A DNA stretch of 64,000 bases from Macrostomum hystrix. Lineage: Eukaryota; Animalia; Platyhelminthes. Each line of letters begins with the position of its first letter. Position 1 is the stretch's first letter. Of the stretch, positions 39,964 to 51,906 are shown piece after piece. Position numbers and translations under genes: made by a program. The stretch covers positions 15,810,001 to 15,874,000 of the forward strand of contig CATNEN010000001.1 of the NCBI GenBank assembly GCA_950097015.1. The letters run 5' to 3'. The notes beneath the pieces are model-generated. The model saw nothing but the letters and a program-made list of their open reading frames with translations. It did no database searches and was not told the DNA's origin.

Positions 39964-40905
39964 CTGTTAGACACCGAATTCACCTGTTTGACAGGAGTGT
40001 CACCTGTTAGACAGAGAGAGTTCACCTGTTAGACACAGAATTCACCTGTTAGACAGAGAGTTCACCTGTTAGACAGAGAGTTCACCTGTTAGACAGGGGG
40101 TATCACCTGTTAGACAGGGGTATCACCTGTTAGACAGGAGTGTCACCTGTTAGACAGGAGTGTCACCTGTTAGACAGGAGTGTCACCTGTTAGACAGAGA
40201 GAGTTCACCTGTTAGACAAAGAGTTCACCTGTTAGACAGAGAATTCACCTGTTAGACAGAGAGTTCACCTGTTAGACAAAGAGTTCACCTGTTAGACACA
40301 GAGTTCACCTGTTAGACAGAGAACTCACCTGTTAGACAGGGGGTATCACCTGTTAGACAGGGGTATCACCTGTTAGACAGGAGTGTCACCTGTTAGACAG
40401 GAGTGTCACCTGTTAGACAGGAGTGTCACCTGTTAGACAGAGAGAGTTCACCTGTTAGACAAAGAGTTCACCTGTTAGACAGAGAATTCACCTGTTAGAC
40501 AGAGAGTTCACCTGTTAGACAAAGAGTTCACCTGTTAGACACAGAGTTCACCTGTTAGACAGAGAACTCACCTGTTAGACAGGGGGTATCACCTGTTAGA
40601 CAGGGGTATCACCTGTTAGACAGGAGTGTCACCTGTTAGACAGGAGTGTCACCTGTTAGACAGGAGTGTCACCTGTTAGACAGAGAGAGTTCACCTGTTA
40701 GATACAGAATTCACCTGTTAGACAGAGAGTTCACCTGCTAGACAGAGAGTTCACCTGTTAGACAGAGAGTTCACCTTTAGACGAAGAGTTCACCTGTTAG
40801 ACAGAGAGTTCACCTGTTAGACAGGGGTATCACCTGTTAGACAGGGGTATCACCTGTTAGATAGAGAGTTTACCTGTAAGATAAGAAATCTGTTAGACAA
40901 GAAAA
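39964..40905 (-). repeat. Minisatellite, 19-22 bp, same family as 376-1019 in reverse orientation, with a 243-bp higher-order repeat
   Basis: Plus strand TTCACCTGTTAGACAGAGAG. The GGGGGTATC variant recurs at 40096, 40339 and 40582. Confidence 0.95.
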
Positions 40906-41914
40906 CTGTTCGGTAAGTGAATTGTTAGACCTGCGGTCCAGAAGGTATAAGTTGGTAAAAGGAAACAACTGGCTTATCTTTGATTGATCAGTGTCAGCTC
41001 GACTTACTAACGTGATATTTTGGAAAGTTAATCTGTTCTCGAGTATACTATATTTGTGCTATTGTCTACTAAATGAGCAATTTTGTGACAAGGTAAACTA
41101 GACTTACCTTGGCGAATGGGGCAGGTCCACTTCAAGACTGCTAGATTTGGGAGTGAGGCGAGAGACAGCACTTACTATTGGCTTATATGGCCTTGGGACA
41201 CAAGCTAACACTGTCTTATGCTCAACGTGTATTTGCGGGACACTCGTTGCACTGGCGTTGTCGGGTGGGTGTGGCCCTGCAGAGAAATTAAAAACTAAAC
41301 AAATAATTGTCACTTAAGCAACGATAGTATACCTATCTATCCATGTATCTATGCATGTATGTATCTATCTATCTATCTATCATCATTAAAAAGGTTATAA
41401 ATATGATAGCCTTATGTGATATATGAGATTGCTCATAAAACTAAATCAATGCCCTATTATTTTTCGAAGAAATCGAGAAACACATCTTGCTTGTGACTCT
41501 CATTGCTGAGCTCTAGTCAAAAAAAGTGTTTCGATGCAAACAGAAGTAAGTAGAATGATACTATTGGGCTATAGAGAGCAGTGTGTCTAGCTGTTGTTTG
41601 ATCGACAAATCAACTCATATTATATAATAGCTTACTTTGATAAGAAAAAAGCAAGATAAACGAGAGATGCACACTTCAGAAAGCAGGGCGACAAAAAAAG
41701 CTAGCTATTTATAGATGTCATTTGAGACACCTCGTTACCTTTTTGCTTCATTTTGATTGACCTCAGAACACTCGCTATCGACTTAAACTCTAAATACGAG
41801 TATAAGACTACTATAAGTAGGGTATAGAGAATAAAATAAATTCATTGATCCCAAATCCGAAATTTTAGTACTAAAAAGGCACTTTTTGCTAAACGTAGCT
41901 GTATCAAACTGCAA

Positions 41915-42389
41915 GGAGAGATCACAGGAGAGATGAGACACGGGAGAGATGAGACACGGGAGAGATGAGACACGGGAGAGATGAGACACGGGAGAGATGA
42001 GACACGGGAGAGATGAGACACGGGAGAGATGAGACACGGGAGAGATGAGACACGGGAGAGATGAGACACGGGAGAGATGAGACACGGGAGAGATGAGACA
42101 CGGGAGAGATGAGACACGGGAGAGATGAGACACGGGAGAGATGAGACACGGGAGAGATGAGACACGGGAGAGATGAGACACGGGAGAGATGAGACACGGG
42201 AGAGATGAGACACGGGAGAGATGAGACACGGGAGAGATGAGACACGGGAGAGATGAGACACGGGAGAGATGAGACATGGGAGAGATGAGACACGGGAGAG
42301 ATGAGACACGGGAGAGATGAGACACGGGAGAGATGAGACACGGGAGAGATGAGACACAGGCGAGATGAGACACGGGAGAGATGAGACAT
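41915..42389 (+). repeat. Minisatellite, 16 bp GGGAGAGATGAGACAC
   Basis: Direct inspection. Confidence 0.95.
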
Positions 42390-42967
42390 GTTAGTGTGTT
42401 CGAAGAGGTCACTTGGGAGCCTTGAGGGCGGGCAGTCGGGGTTAGCCGGCCGCAGGTGTAGGGTGAAGCAAGAATCACTGCCGCAAGCGTTGTACGATAA
42501 GGAAATGAATGAGCGGATTCCAATGCATTTGCAGATGCATCAAGCGAAAGTGCAGCTCCCATGCGCTAGGATTCCCATGAGGGGATAATAAATGCGGATG
42601 GGGCGGCGCTCTGGTTGAATGCGGGACTGGGAAAGGGGAGAAATCGAGCGCCAGGGACAGGGGAAGGGTAAGAGGGACCCCCAAGCAATGGGACATTGGA
42701 GATCGCAATGGGCAAACAGTGCGTGCGGTTTTGACGATTTTTTCTGTATCCGTGGGGTGGGAAATTCAGGGTCTCGCTGTGCGAGGACGCATAAAAATTG
42801 GCGAAAAATATCGCCGATGCCAGAATCCCGGATGTGAATGGCGCCGATCAGAAATATCCCTGTTGCACACTGCACTTTTAGGACTGCAGATACCGGCCAA
42901 GTGGCTTGCAATTCACTGATATTGAACTGGTGAGTTTGTACACTTTTATGCGTTAGCTGGTATAACG

Positions 42968-43562
42968 GAGTGACATTGGATCGAGAGTGACATTGGATAG
43001 TGAGTGACATTGGATAGTGAGTGACATTGGATCGAGAGTGACATTGGATCGAGAGTGACAATTTAAAAAAAATTGACAATTAGGAGAAAGTGACAATTAG
43101 GAGAGAGTGACAATTTGGATAGAGTAAAAATTAGGAGAGGGTGAAAATTTAGAGAGTGACAATTAGGATAGAGTGACAATTTGGAGAGAGTGAAAATTTA
43201 GAGAGAGTGACAGTTTTGAGAGAGTGAAAATTTGGAGTGACAATTTATTGAGAGTGACGGTTTAAAGAGAGTGACAATTTGGAGTGACAATTTAGAGAGA
43301 GTGACAGTTTAGAGAGAGTGAAAATTTGGAGAGAGTGACAATTTAGAGAGAGTGACAATTAGGAGACAGTGACAATTAGGAGAGAGTGACAATTTGAAGA
43401 GAGTGAAAATTAGGAGAGAGTGACAGTTTAGAGAGAGTGAAAATTTGGAGAGAGTGACAATTAGGAGAGAGTGACAATTTAGAGAGAGTGACAATTTGGA
43501 GAGAGTGACAATTTAGAGAGAGTGACAATTAGGAGAGAGTGACAATTAGGAGAGAGTGACAA
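42968..43562 (+). repeat. Degenerate minisatellite, 16-18 bp GAGAGTGACAATT...
   Basis: Direct inspection. Confidence 0.9.
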
Positions 43563-44159
43563 TGGATGGCGAGTGGTATTTGTGATAGGGTGACATTGGA
43601 AAGCAACTGAGGCAGGATAAGGATAGGCACTATGGTATCCCCTTTCAAATAGAAGAATGCACAAGACACTGCTAGCCAGTGTTAGCTTATGATTGCAATA
43701 GATTCACAATAGCGCGGACCACAAATAAAATGCAAATTAACTGTTTAGAAAATTCACCCTGAGAAAATTTCCAAAATTGAGGTCAGCCCGCAATGACCTC
43801 AGCTACAGACGAGACCAATGCAAGCGTAATCTAATATTTCTTATCAAATATCGAAAGGCTGCAGCTTCTTTGTGTTTGCTGTGTTTGCTTTTGGAAGACA
43901 GTTTTACATTGCATATCGGAAACGCTGTCAGAATCTCCAATTCTAGGAAAATAATAATTAGGAGTTATTTATGCGGAAAATGCTTATATGAAGACTCTAG
44001 ATGTGTTCCTGATGCGTCTGTACGTTCGGCTTGCAATTCATTTGAACCATTTAATTATTCCAGAAAAATTATTAATAACAACTGGAAACTACTTAAAGTA
44101 GCATTTGTTTTTTAAATTTTTTTTAGAATTCTGGTCAGTTTCTTGTTAGAAATCGCAAT

Positions 44160-45130
44160 TACTCGTCAAAGCTTATATTAACTCGTAAAAATCTTACTTA
44201 ACGATAGTTTAAACTCATAGTTATTTATTTATACTCGTATTTAATAGTTAAAACTAGTATTTACTCGCTAAACGCGTATTTACTAGTTAAAACTCGTACT
44301 TACTAGTTAAACCTCGTATTTACTCGTAAAAACTCGTATTTAATCATTAAAACTCGTGTTTGCTCGCTAAACCTTGAATGTACTCGTTAAAACTCGTATT
44401 TATTCGTCAAAACTCGTGTTTGCTCGCTAAACCTTAAATTTACTCCTTAAAACTCGTATTTACACGTTAAAACTCGTATTTACTCGTTAAAACTCGTATT
44501 TACTCGTTAAAACTCGTATTTACTCGTTAAAACTCTTATTTACTCGTTAAAACTCTTATTTACTCGTCAAAACTTGTATTTTACTCGTCAAAACTCGTGT
44601 TTGTTCGCTAAACCTTGAATCTACTCGTTAAAACTCGTATTTATTAATCAAAACTTGTATTTTACTCGTCAAAACTCGTGTTTGCTCGCTAAACCTTGAA
44701 TTTACTCCTTAAAACTCGTATTTACTCGTTAAAAATCGTATTTACTCGTTAAAACTCGTATTTACTCTTAAAAACTCGTATTTACTTTTCATAACTCGTA
44801 TTTACTCTTAAAAACACGTATTTACTCGTCAAAACTCGTATTTACTCTTAAAAACTCGTATTTACTCGTCAAAACTCGTATTTACTCGTCAAAACTCGTA
44901 TTTACTCTTAAAAACTCGTATTTACTCGTCAAAACTCGTATTTACTCTTAAAAACTCGTATTTACTCTTCAAAACTCGTATTTACTCTTAAAAACACGTA
45001 TTTACTCGTCAAAACTCGTATTTAATCATCAAAACTCGTGTTTGCTCGCTAAACCTTGAATTTACTCCTTAAAACTCGTAATTACTCGTTTAAACTCGTA
45101 TTTACTCGTTAAAACTCGTATTTTTTTAGT
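44160..45130 (+). repeat. AT-rich minisatellite, 20 bp AAAACTCGTATTTACTCGTT
   Basis: Direct inspection. Confidence 0.92.
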
Positions 45131-45479
45131 TAAAAACCTTATAATTGCTCATTATTAACAGTACAGAATACATATTTCCTGATGAAATATTTAATATATA
45201 TTTTTCTAGATCAGAACTGTCGCGCATGATAACTCTAAGCACAGCAGCAGGCGCCTGAGGGGCCTGGCAGTTATGATTTATGAAAGCCAGCTAATTATTG
45301 GTAATGGAAAAATAATGTCAACACACAGATCGAGTGCAAACTGAATAAGAACAGTGGTACAGTATTTATGGTATTGTATTAAATTATTCAACAAGTAAGC
45401 CATACTGAGAGTCCAAGCTGCAGCAGCAGCAACGCTAGAAAGAGAAATCGACTTCCATTACAAAAGGCTAAATCAGAAT

Positions 45480-46130
45480 GGTAACTTCCATGACTACCGC
45501 TACCCCCACGAAGTTTATTCCGCTACTTCCAAAACGTTTGTTATTTTGCTTGAATTTAGTTACTTCCATTACTTCTATTGAAGTTACTTCCGTTTCTTTA
45601 TTTACTTTCAAGAAATTACCTTCGTTACTCCTTCAACGTTACTTAAACGAATTTAGTCACGTAACTTCTAAAAGGTTTTCTCGTTACTTCCATGAAGTTT
45701 ACTTTCATTGCTAGAATGAATTTTGTTTTTGCTACTTCCATAAGGTTTTCTCGTTACTTCCATAAATTGATTTTCGTTACTTTCACGAAGTTAAATTTGT
45801 TACTTCCAAGAAGTTACTTTCGTTTTTTAGGTACTTCCGTTACTTCCTTAACGTTACTTCTGCTACTGACTTTCTTAACTTTCCTCGATTTACTTCCGCT
45901 ACTTCCATGAAACTAAGTTCGTTACTTTTAACAAAGACAGGGAAAATTATCATCTAAGTTAAAAAAGTTGGCTTTTTTAAAAGTTACTTTCGCTACTTTG
46001 ATGAAGTTACTTCCATTACTTTTAGGGAGTTAGTTTTGTTACTTCCGTTACTCAGTAATTTTACGCTTCTTGCATAAATTCGTTACTTTCGCTACGACTC
46101 GTTGTTCGTTACTTTCGTCACTTTACTGCA
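45480..46130 (+). repeat. Highly degenerate GTTACTTC-rich repeat
   Basis: Recurring TTACTTC/GTTACTT motifs. Confidence 0.7.
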
Positions 46131-46611
46131 AGTCAGTCTATCCAAGGTTAAATTGACGTCCAGAAAAAATCTTTCCATTTCAGAATTAAGAATCTCTGTT
46201 TCTAATTAAGATTTTTCACAAATTCCCACAACTAACGAAATAAATCGTTAATCCGCTCAGGCGACAGGTCGCAATAAAACGTGGAACAGGCCACACTTAG
46301 TCATTTAATTAGGTCATAAAAGCTAGGCCAGGTCTTCTTTGGTGGGGCCCATTGTCTGACTCACACTCTGCACCAGGACTGGCAGAGGAAAGCACTGCAA
46401 GAAATGCGAAATAACTCAACCTGGGCAGACTATTAATAATTGGAATGAAAGTTCGCGACATTGAAGCCCTATACGAGTATAGGGTAGAGAGAAATGCAAT
46501 GAATATAGCTGTGTGTCTTGACACTGGCTTAGTCAAGCAATCCTACTCGTCCTACTTTTATTCTGCACCTAAAAAAATTGCTCCGCAAATATCATTTCCG
46601 GACTATTAAAG

Positions 46612-46898
46612 AATAATATTAATTGCAGGAGGGCTGCGGGCAATGGCACGTCATTTGGTGGCGCTGGACCCGCAGCCAGCGAGGAGGCAATTCTGACCCC
46701 AGTTCCTTGACTCCTGAGTACACACGCACTCAGATACAGGTGTATGCATCGGCCCTGACTTTCTCATTGGCCCCCAAGGGCGAGAATTGCACGACAAGCC
46801 CCCAAGCCTTCTCTCCGCGGCTGCGCGAGCCCAAATGAATGTGGCCTCGCCGCGGAATCGAACTCAAGGACCTTGGTGCGAGAGGCAAACGCGTTAGA
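46612..46898 (-). mobile_element. SINE family A with internal deletion
   Basis: Reverse-complement match to head and tail. Confidence 0.85.
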
Positions 46899-48283
46899 CC
46901 CAATTATGGTAGTGACGCTAGTCAAACAAGAGTTTACTGCTACCGTATAGATTTCTGCCAATGTGCAGCAGGAATAGTTTGTCAACAAAATTGCCTAAAC
47001 TACAAAATTACTGCTAGTTTTTTGACACATTTTACAGAACATTTTCTAGCTCCCAAAAGCCGGTATAGCGCGTGAACTAAAATATCCCACATTTTAGCCT
47101 CACAAAAGCGTTAGTTAAACAGCTCAGCAATGACCCAGTATATAGTGGGCAGCACTCGACTCAATCAATTGCTGCTCACACTCTTGACAATATTCCTTAA
47201 CAATTTGGCCACATTTAGTTGATGCAGAATGATGTCTACTGAATACTCTGAATGGCATCCGGCCGGACTCAAATGGTAGTGAGTGAGTAGTGGCCGCTTA
47301 CGGTTATTCTCGTTATTGTGGTTCAGCAATGCTACATGATTTCTTTTAATCTCCATCCCAATCATCTCCCAACCGGCCATCCTACAATCTCCCATTTCCC
47401 TGTCTACCACCTGCCTCTCTCTCCCATCTTATAATTTCCCATCTCACAGCCTCCCATTTTACAATCTCCTATCTAAAAATCTCCTATCTCACAATCTCCC
47501 ATTTCACAATATCTTATCTCACAACCTCTTATCTCGCAACCTCTCTCGTGTTCCGTCTATAATATTTTATTTCATACAGCTTGAAGTAGGTATTTACTTA
47601 ATTAAAATATAGCATATGCTCACAATTTTCATATCCTTATTGTCTATGGCCTAAAGCATTTTTCACATAGCATTGAGACACAGCGTTGAGGTATTCTTCC
47701 ACTGAACCATTTCCTATACAATGAATTTGAGCAGTAAATTAGAGTCTTGCTTAAAAACTAATATACTTATAATATAAAGATTTGGAAGCCATGTAACAGA
47801 CTAGGTTCACACGGAGGACCCTTACACACACACACACATACTCACACACACACGCACATACACACACACAGCTAAATAGTGTAAATAACGAGTGAGAGAA
47901 AGTGACGATTCTAAAGCTTAGAAATAAAATGAAAATCCAATGCATAAAAACAGGAGAGAAAGGAGAGAAAGGAGAGAGAGTGGAAAGGGATTAGACTGGG
48001 CGGAGGACCGCAACAACAGCAAGGCTGTTGAGTCATGTTCTCGCCTAGCAACCCCATAAGCGGCACGTTGCACGCAATGGCTATGCCTTGCCTATAGTCT
48101 CGCCCACGACAAAGGAGAGCTTTTGCCACTGCTGTCTCCTCTCCGTTTCCCGCCCTATTTTTTTCTTCTGATTCTTGAGCGCACTAAGAGAGAGAAGGTC
48201 TCTTATTTTTCGTCCTAATCTCTCCTTCTTTCCTGCATTGCAACCCGCCAGCCGCGCACAATGCCAATCGACATTCTGCCGTA

Positions 48284-48486
48284 CCAATAGAAGGAGAAAG
48301 AGAAGTTTTAGCGAGCATTTCATTGGTTGAAGCATTTGCAAATATATACTTGTACTGCTAGGTCTAGGGCGCCGTGTTGTACACGGTTTAGATGCATTGG
48401 AAATGCAGTGAAAACGCACCAATGAACATGCGTCCACAGACAGTCAGTTTACATGCATGCGTATATAATACATGAGAATTCATTGG
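48284..48486. promoter_or_regulatory. Cluster of five CCAAT/ATTGG boxes, candidate promoter upstream of the Rho GTPase (possibly bidirectional)
   Basis: CCAAT at 48284 and 48419; ATTGG at 48322, 48396 and 48482, in non-repetitive sequence. Function is inferred only. Confidence 0.3.
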
Positions 48487-49235
48487 CTTACGTACAGCCA
48501 AGTCTATTTTGTATCGTTCTAATGCCCGCCTGTTTATGTAGTACTGTAGATCAGTTCACTGCGAAACATCCGTGCACTTTCAATAGTAATCTGTAGAAAA
48601 ATCCTAGCTCTCGACTTAATAAATCAAACTTCATAATGTGAGACTGCAAATCTCATTGCACACTTAGTACTAATTGGTAAGTTGCTTATAATATATTAGT
48701 TTGTGGTAGTTTACTGCAGCAAATAATTAATAATTGAATAGTTAATTAATTGATTTCTGAAAAAGATGAAATAAAAATAACTAAGGATAGTAAAATAACT
48801 TATTGAGACACGTTGCGTTAAAATGCGTAAATATTCGTTAAAACTCTTAGTTAATCGATTAAATTTCGTCGCTAATCATTACGAGTAAGCCTTACAGTTA
48901 ATTGTTAAAACTTGTAAATTTAATTGTTGATTTTAAATCGTTAAAACACAGCGTTAATCGTTACAAATAGTTATTCGTTAAAACTCGGGGTTAATCCTGG
49001 TGATAATTGGTCAAACACGCATTTTATCGTAAAAATTTACTCGCTAATTTGTTAAAGCTTGTAATTAGTCGTTAAAAACACGAAGTTAATCGCTAAAACA
49101 AGCAGAAATTCCGTGGAATTTGCAGATTGCACCAAGCCAGACAGATTGCGGTGGAGCAGTGGACTCGCCAATGAGGCTAATCGAATCGCCAATCGAACCA
49201 CATTGAGCTCAAGCCACACTCGGTGAGTGCAAATC

Positions 49236-50203
49236 ATGCAACCAGTTCCCGGACCGGTGCAGCTCCCACTGCAGGCCTGTCCCCGGATCAAGTGCGTCGT
49301 AGTTGGCGACGGCGGTGCGGGCAAGACCTGCCTGCTGTCCACCTTCGCGCGGGGAATATTCCCAACCGACTATGTGCCGACTGTGTTCGACAACTACGAC
49401 ACGGTGGCTCGAGTTGACGGAGTGCCCGTACAGCTGGGCCTGTGGGACACGGCCGGGCAGGAAGACTACGACAAACTGCGCCCGCTGTCCTATCCACAGA
49501 CTGACGTGTTTCTTGTCTGCTTCAGCATCGGCAACAGGACGTCATTCAGCAACGTGGCTGACAAGTGGCAGCCGGAGCTAAGCAGCCACTCGCCCGGCAC
49601 GCCGACTATCCTGGTGGGCACCAAGTGCGACCTGCGCGACGATGCCGAGTTCAATAATCACCTGCGACTGCACAACCAGAGAGCCGTCAGCAGGCAGGAG
49701 GCGTCTGCCACCGCCGCTGCGATTGGCGCCGTCAAGTACATGGAGTGCTCCGCCCTTCGTGGCCTGAACATCGCCCAGGTGAGAATAAGAGAAGCAGGCG
49801 CCAATAAATCATTTGACGATAGTCAACTTTGGCTATCTACCCATTCCGCTGACTATTGAGCACAAATTCTTATAGGGGTGTGTACCTGCCCAGACTTTCT
49901 CATCGTCAGGCAGTGTACACTCTCACGGCGCCTTTGGGGTGGTCCTAGGTACTATTTGGTGTGGCATTACTCCACCTGCCACTGTACTATTTGATGCGGC
50001 ATTACGAGCGTACCCCACCGTATCATAGGCCCACAAGGCAAAGACTTGTCGAAATCGAAATCGAAATCCCGCAGGTGTTCGAGGACGCCATGCGGTGCGT
50101 ACTGTGGCCGGAAATGTTCCCAACCTACTCCACAGCCAAGGGCAAGAAGGCGTCAAAATCGCGCGGCAAAGGACGCAAAAAGAAGGCCTGTACGGTGCTG
50201 TGA
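49236..50203 (+). CDS. Rac/Cdc42-like Rho family small GTPase, 2 exons, 223 aa
   Basis: Exons 49236-49778 and 50075-50203. [14 protein letters not shown] (G1), [10 protein letters not shown] (switch I), [24 protein letters not shown] (G3/switch II), TKCD (G4), ECSA (G5), Rho insert, polybasic tail and CaaX CTVL. Confidence 0.93.
49878..49946 (-). mobile_element. SINE family A fragment in the Rho GTPase intron
   Basis: GACTTTCTCATCGTCAGGCAGTGTACACTCTCAC. Confidence 0.7.
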
Positions 50204-50335
50204 TTCGAGTCGCTTAACACAATTCTACCAGCGCAAACGTCCGTTCTACTTTCTTTAGAAATCTCGAGCAATATATACGGCAAGACTTGAACCGGTAACT
50301 GTCCATTAGGCCATTCTCAGGCAAACATAAAGCTA

Positions 50336-50665
50336 GGCAGAGCGGTCAACGCGTTTGCCTCTCCCACCAGGGTCCCTAAGTTGGATTCCACGGCGAGGCC
50401 ACATTCATTTGGGGCGCAGCCGCGGAGAGAAGGCTTGGGGGCTTGTCGTGCAATTTACGCCCTTGAGGGCCAACCTCCAAGACACAGTGAGAGTGTACAC
50501 TGCCTGTCATTGAGAAAGTCAGGGCAGATGTACACACCTGTGTGAGAGTGTGCCTGCGTACAGTATCTGTGTGCGTGTGTGCTCACTGCGTCCTCGCTGG
50601 CTGCGGGTCTGGTGTCACCAAATGATGTGCCATTGCCCGCAGCCCTCCTGCAATTATTATTATTA
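50336..50665 (+). mobile_element. SINE family A downstream of the Rho GTPase stop
   Basis: Near full copy with ATT tail. Confidence 0.88.
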
Positions 50666-51638
50666 ACAAAAATATTAATAAACCTATATGGATTAGCCAT
50701 AGAGGCTTTTACACAGCAATGTTAGTTGTCTTTGTCAACAGGGTCATCGACAAGAATCACAATATCTCGACCATGCTGACTCGGACAGCATTATAAGCTT
50801 TGCCATCGTAAAGGGTGGAAATATTTTTTATTTGGTGGAAATTTACGAAAATCGGTCCTTCGGTTTGGGAGTTATCGTGAATTAGGCAGTGGGTATTTGA
50901 TATACCTCCGTGGTCTCTCTACTGCTAAGAACCTGTTTAAAAGAAGCTTAAATTAATTAGGTGTTTTGCACTGACAATGATTAAGCTACTCATCGAGTAC
51001 ACAATCTGTATAGTACGTTTTGCAAACACTTTGCAATCCATTTGAAAAAATAACTGTCTATGCACTTTATTCCAAGCATGCTATTATCTTTTCTGTTTCC
51101 TAAAAATAGTGAATTAAAATCATTTTTTCTCTGTTTTGTACTTCTGTTTACTTCTGGTTGGATTGTATTGTTGTCTAGCTGAACAACCTGTCTGAACAAG
51201 CAATTGAAACCTCAACCACAGACACATATAGTGGAAGCATTCATCTGCGACCTCAGAATATGACAATCGACCATTCTGATAGCTTACCCAATTTTCGTCA
51301 AACGCTTAGTTATTTTTTTAAATGAATCATTGTCTAAAGACACTACTTGCGGCATGTGAGTAGTGTGCAGTATACTCTGAATGCTAATCAATAAAAATAG
51401 TTTAGAATGAAATAACAAAAACCAGTTATGCGTCAATTTCTTAATAAAGAACAAGCTTTTGCACTTTAAACGTACTTAGCATAAAAATTGCGCACAAGTA
51501 GCTCGTACGCATTGAACAGCGAAGTTAATTTCAAAGTAAGTTTACAAAAGTACAAAACACGCATGTAGAGTTGAGAAAATTCAATTTTTTACATCAATGT
51601 AATAGCCCCTAGGATACAGGAAAATTCAACTTTATATT

Positions 51639-51905
51639 GCAGGTGGGGTAATGTCAGGCAGGTGGGGTAATGTCAGGCAGGTGGGTAATGTCAGGCAGGT
51701 GGGTAATGTCAGGCAGGTGGGTAATGTCAGGCAGGTGGATAATGTCAGGCAGGTGGGGTAATGTCAGGCAGGTGGGGTAATGTCAGGCAGGTGGGGTAAT
51801 GTCAGACAGCTGGGGTAATGTCAGACAGCTGGGGTAATGTCAGACAGCTGGGGTAATGTCAGACAGCTGGGGTAATGTCAGACAGCTGGGGTAATGTCAG
51901 ACAGT
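51639..51905 (+). repeat. Minisatellite, 18-19 bp GCAGGTGGGGTAATGTCAG, immediately 3' of the API5 stop
   Basis: Direct inspection. Confidence 0.93.
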
Positions 51906-51906
51906 G

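Noticed and set aside
36307-42562. Many 100-300 aa Ser/His/Leu/Pro-rich ORFs
   Set aside because: All are frames through 16-26 bp tandem repeats.
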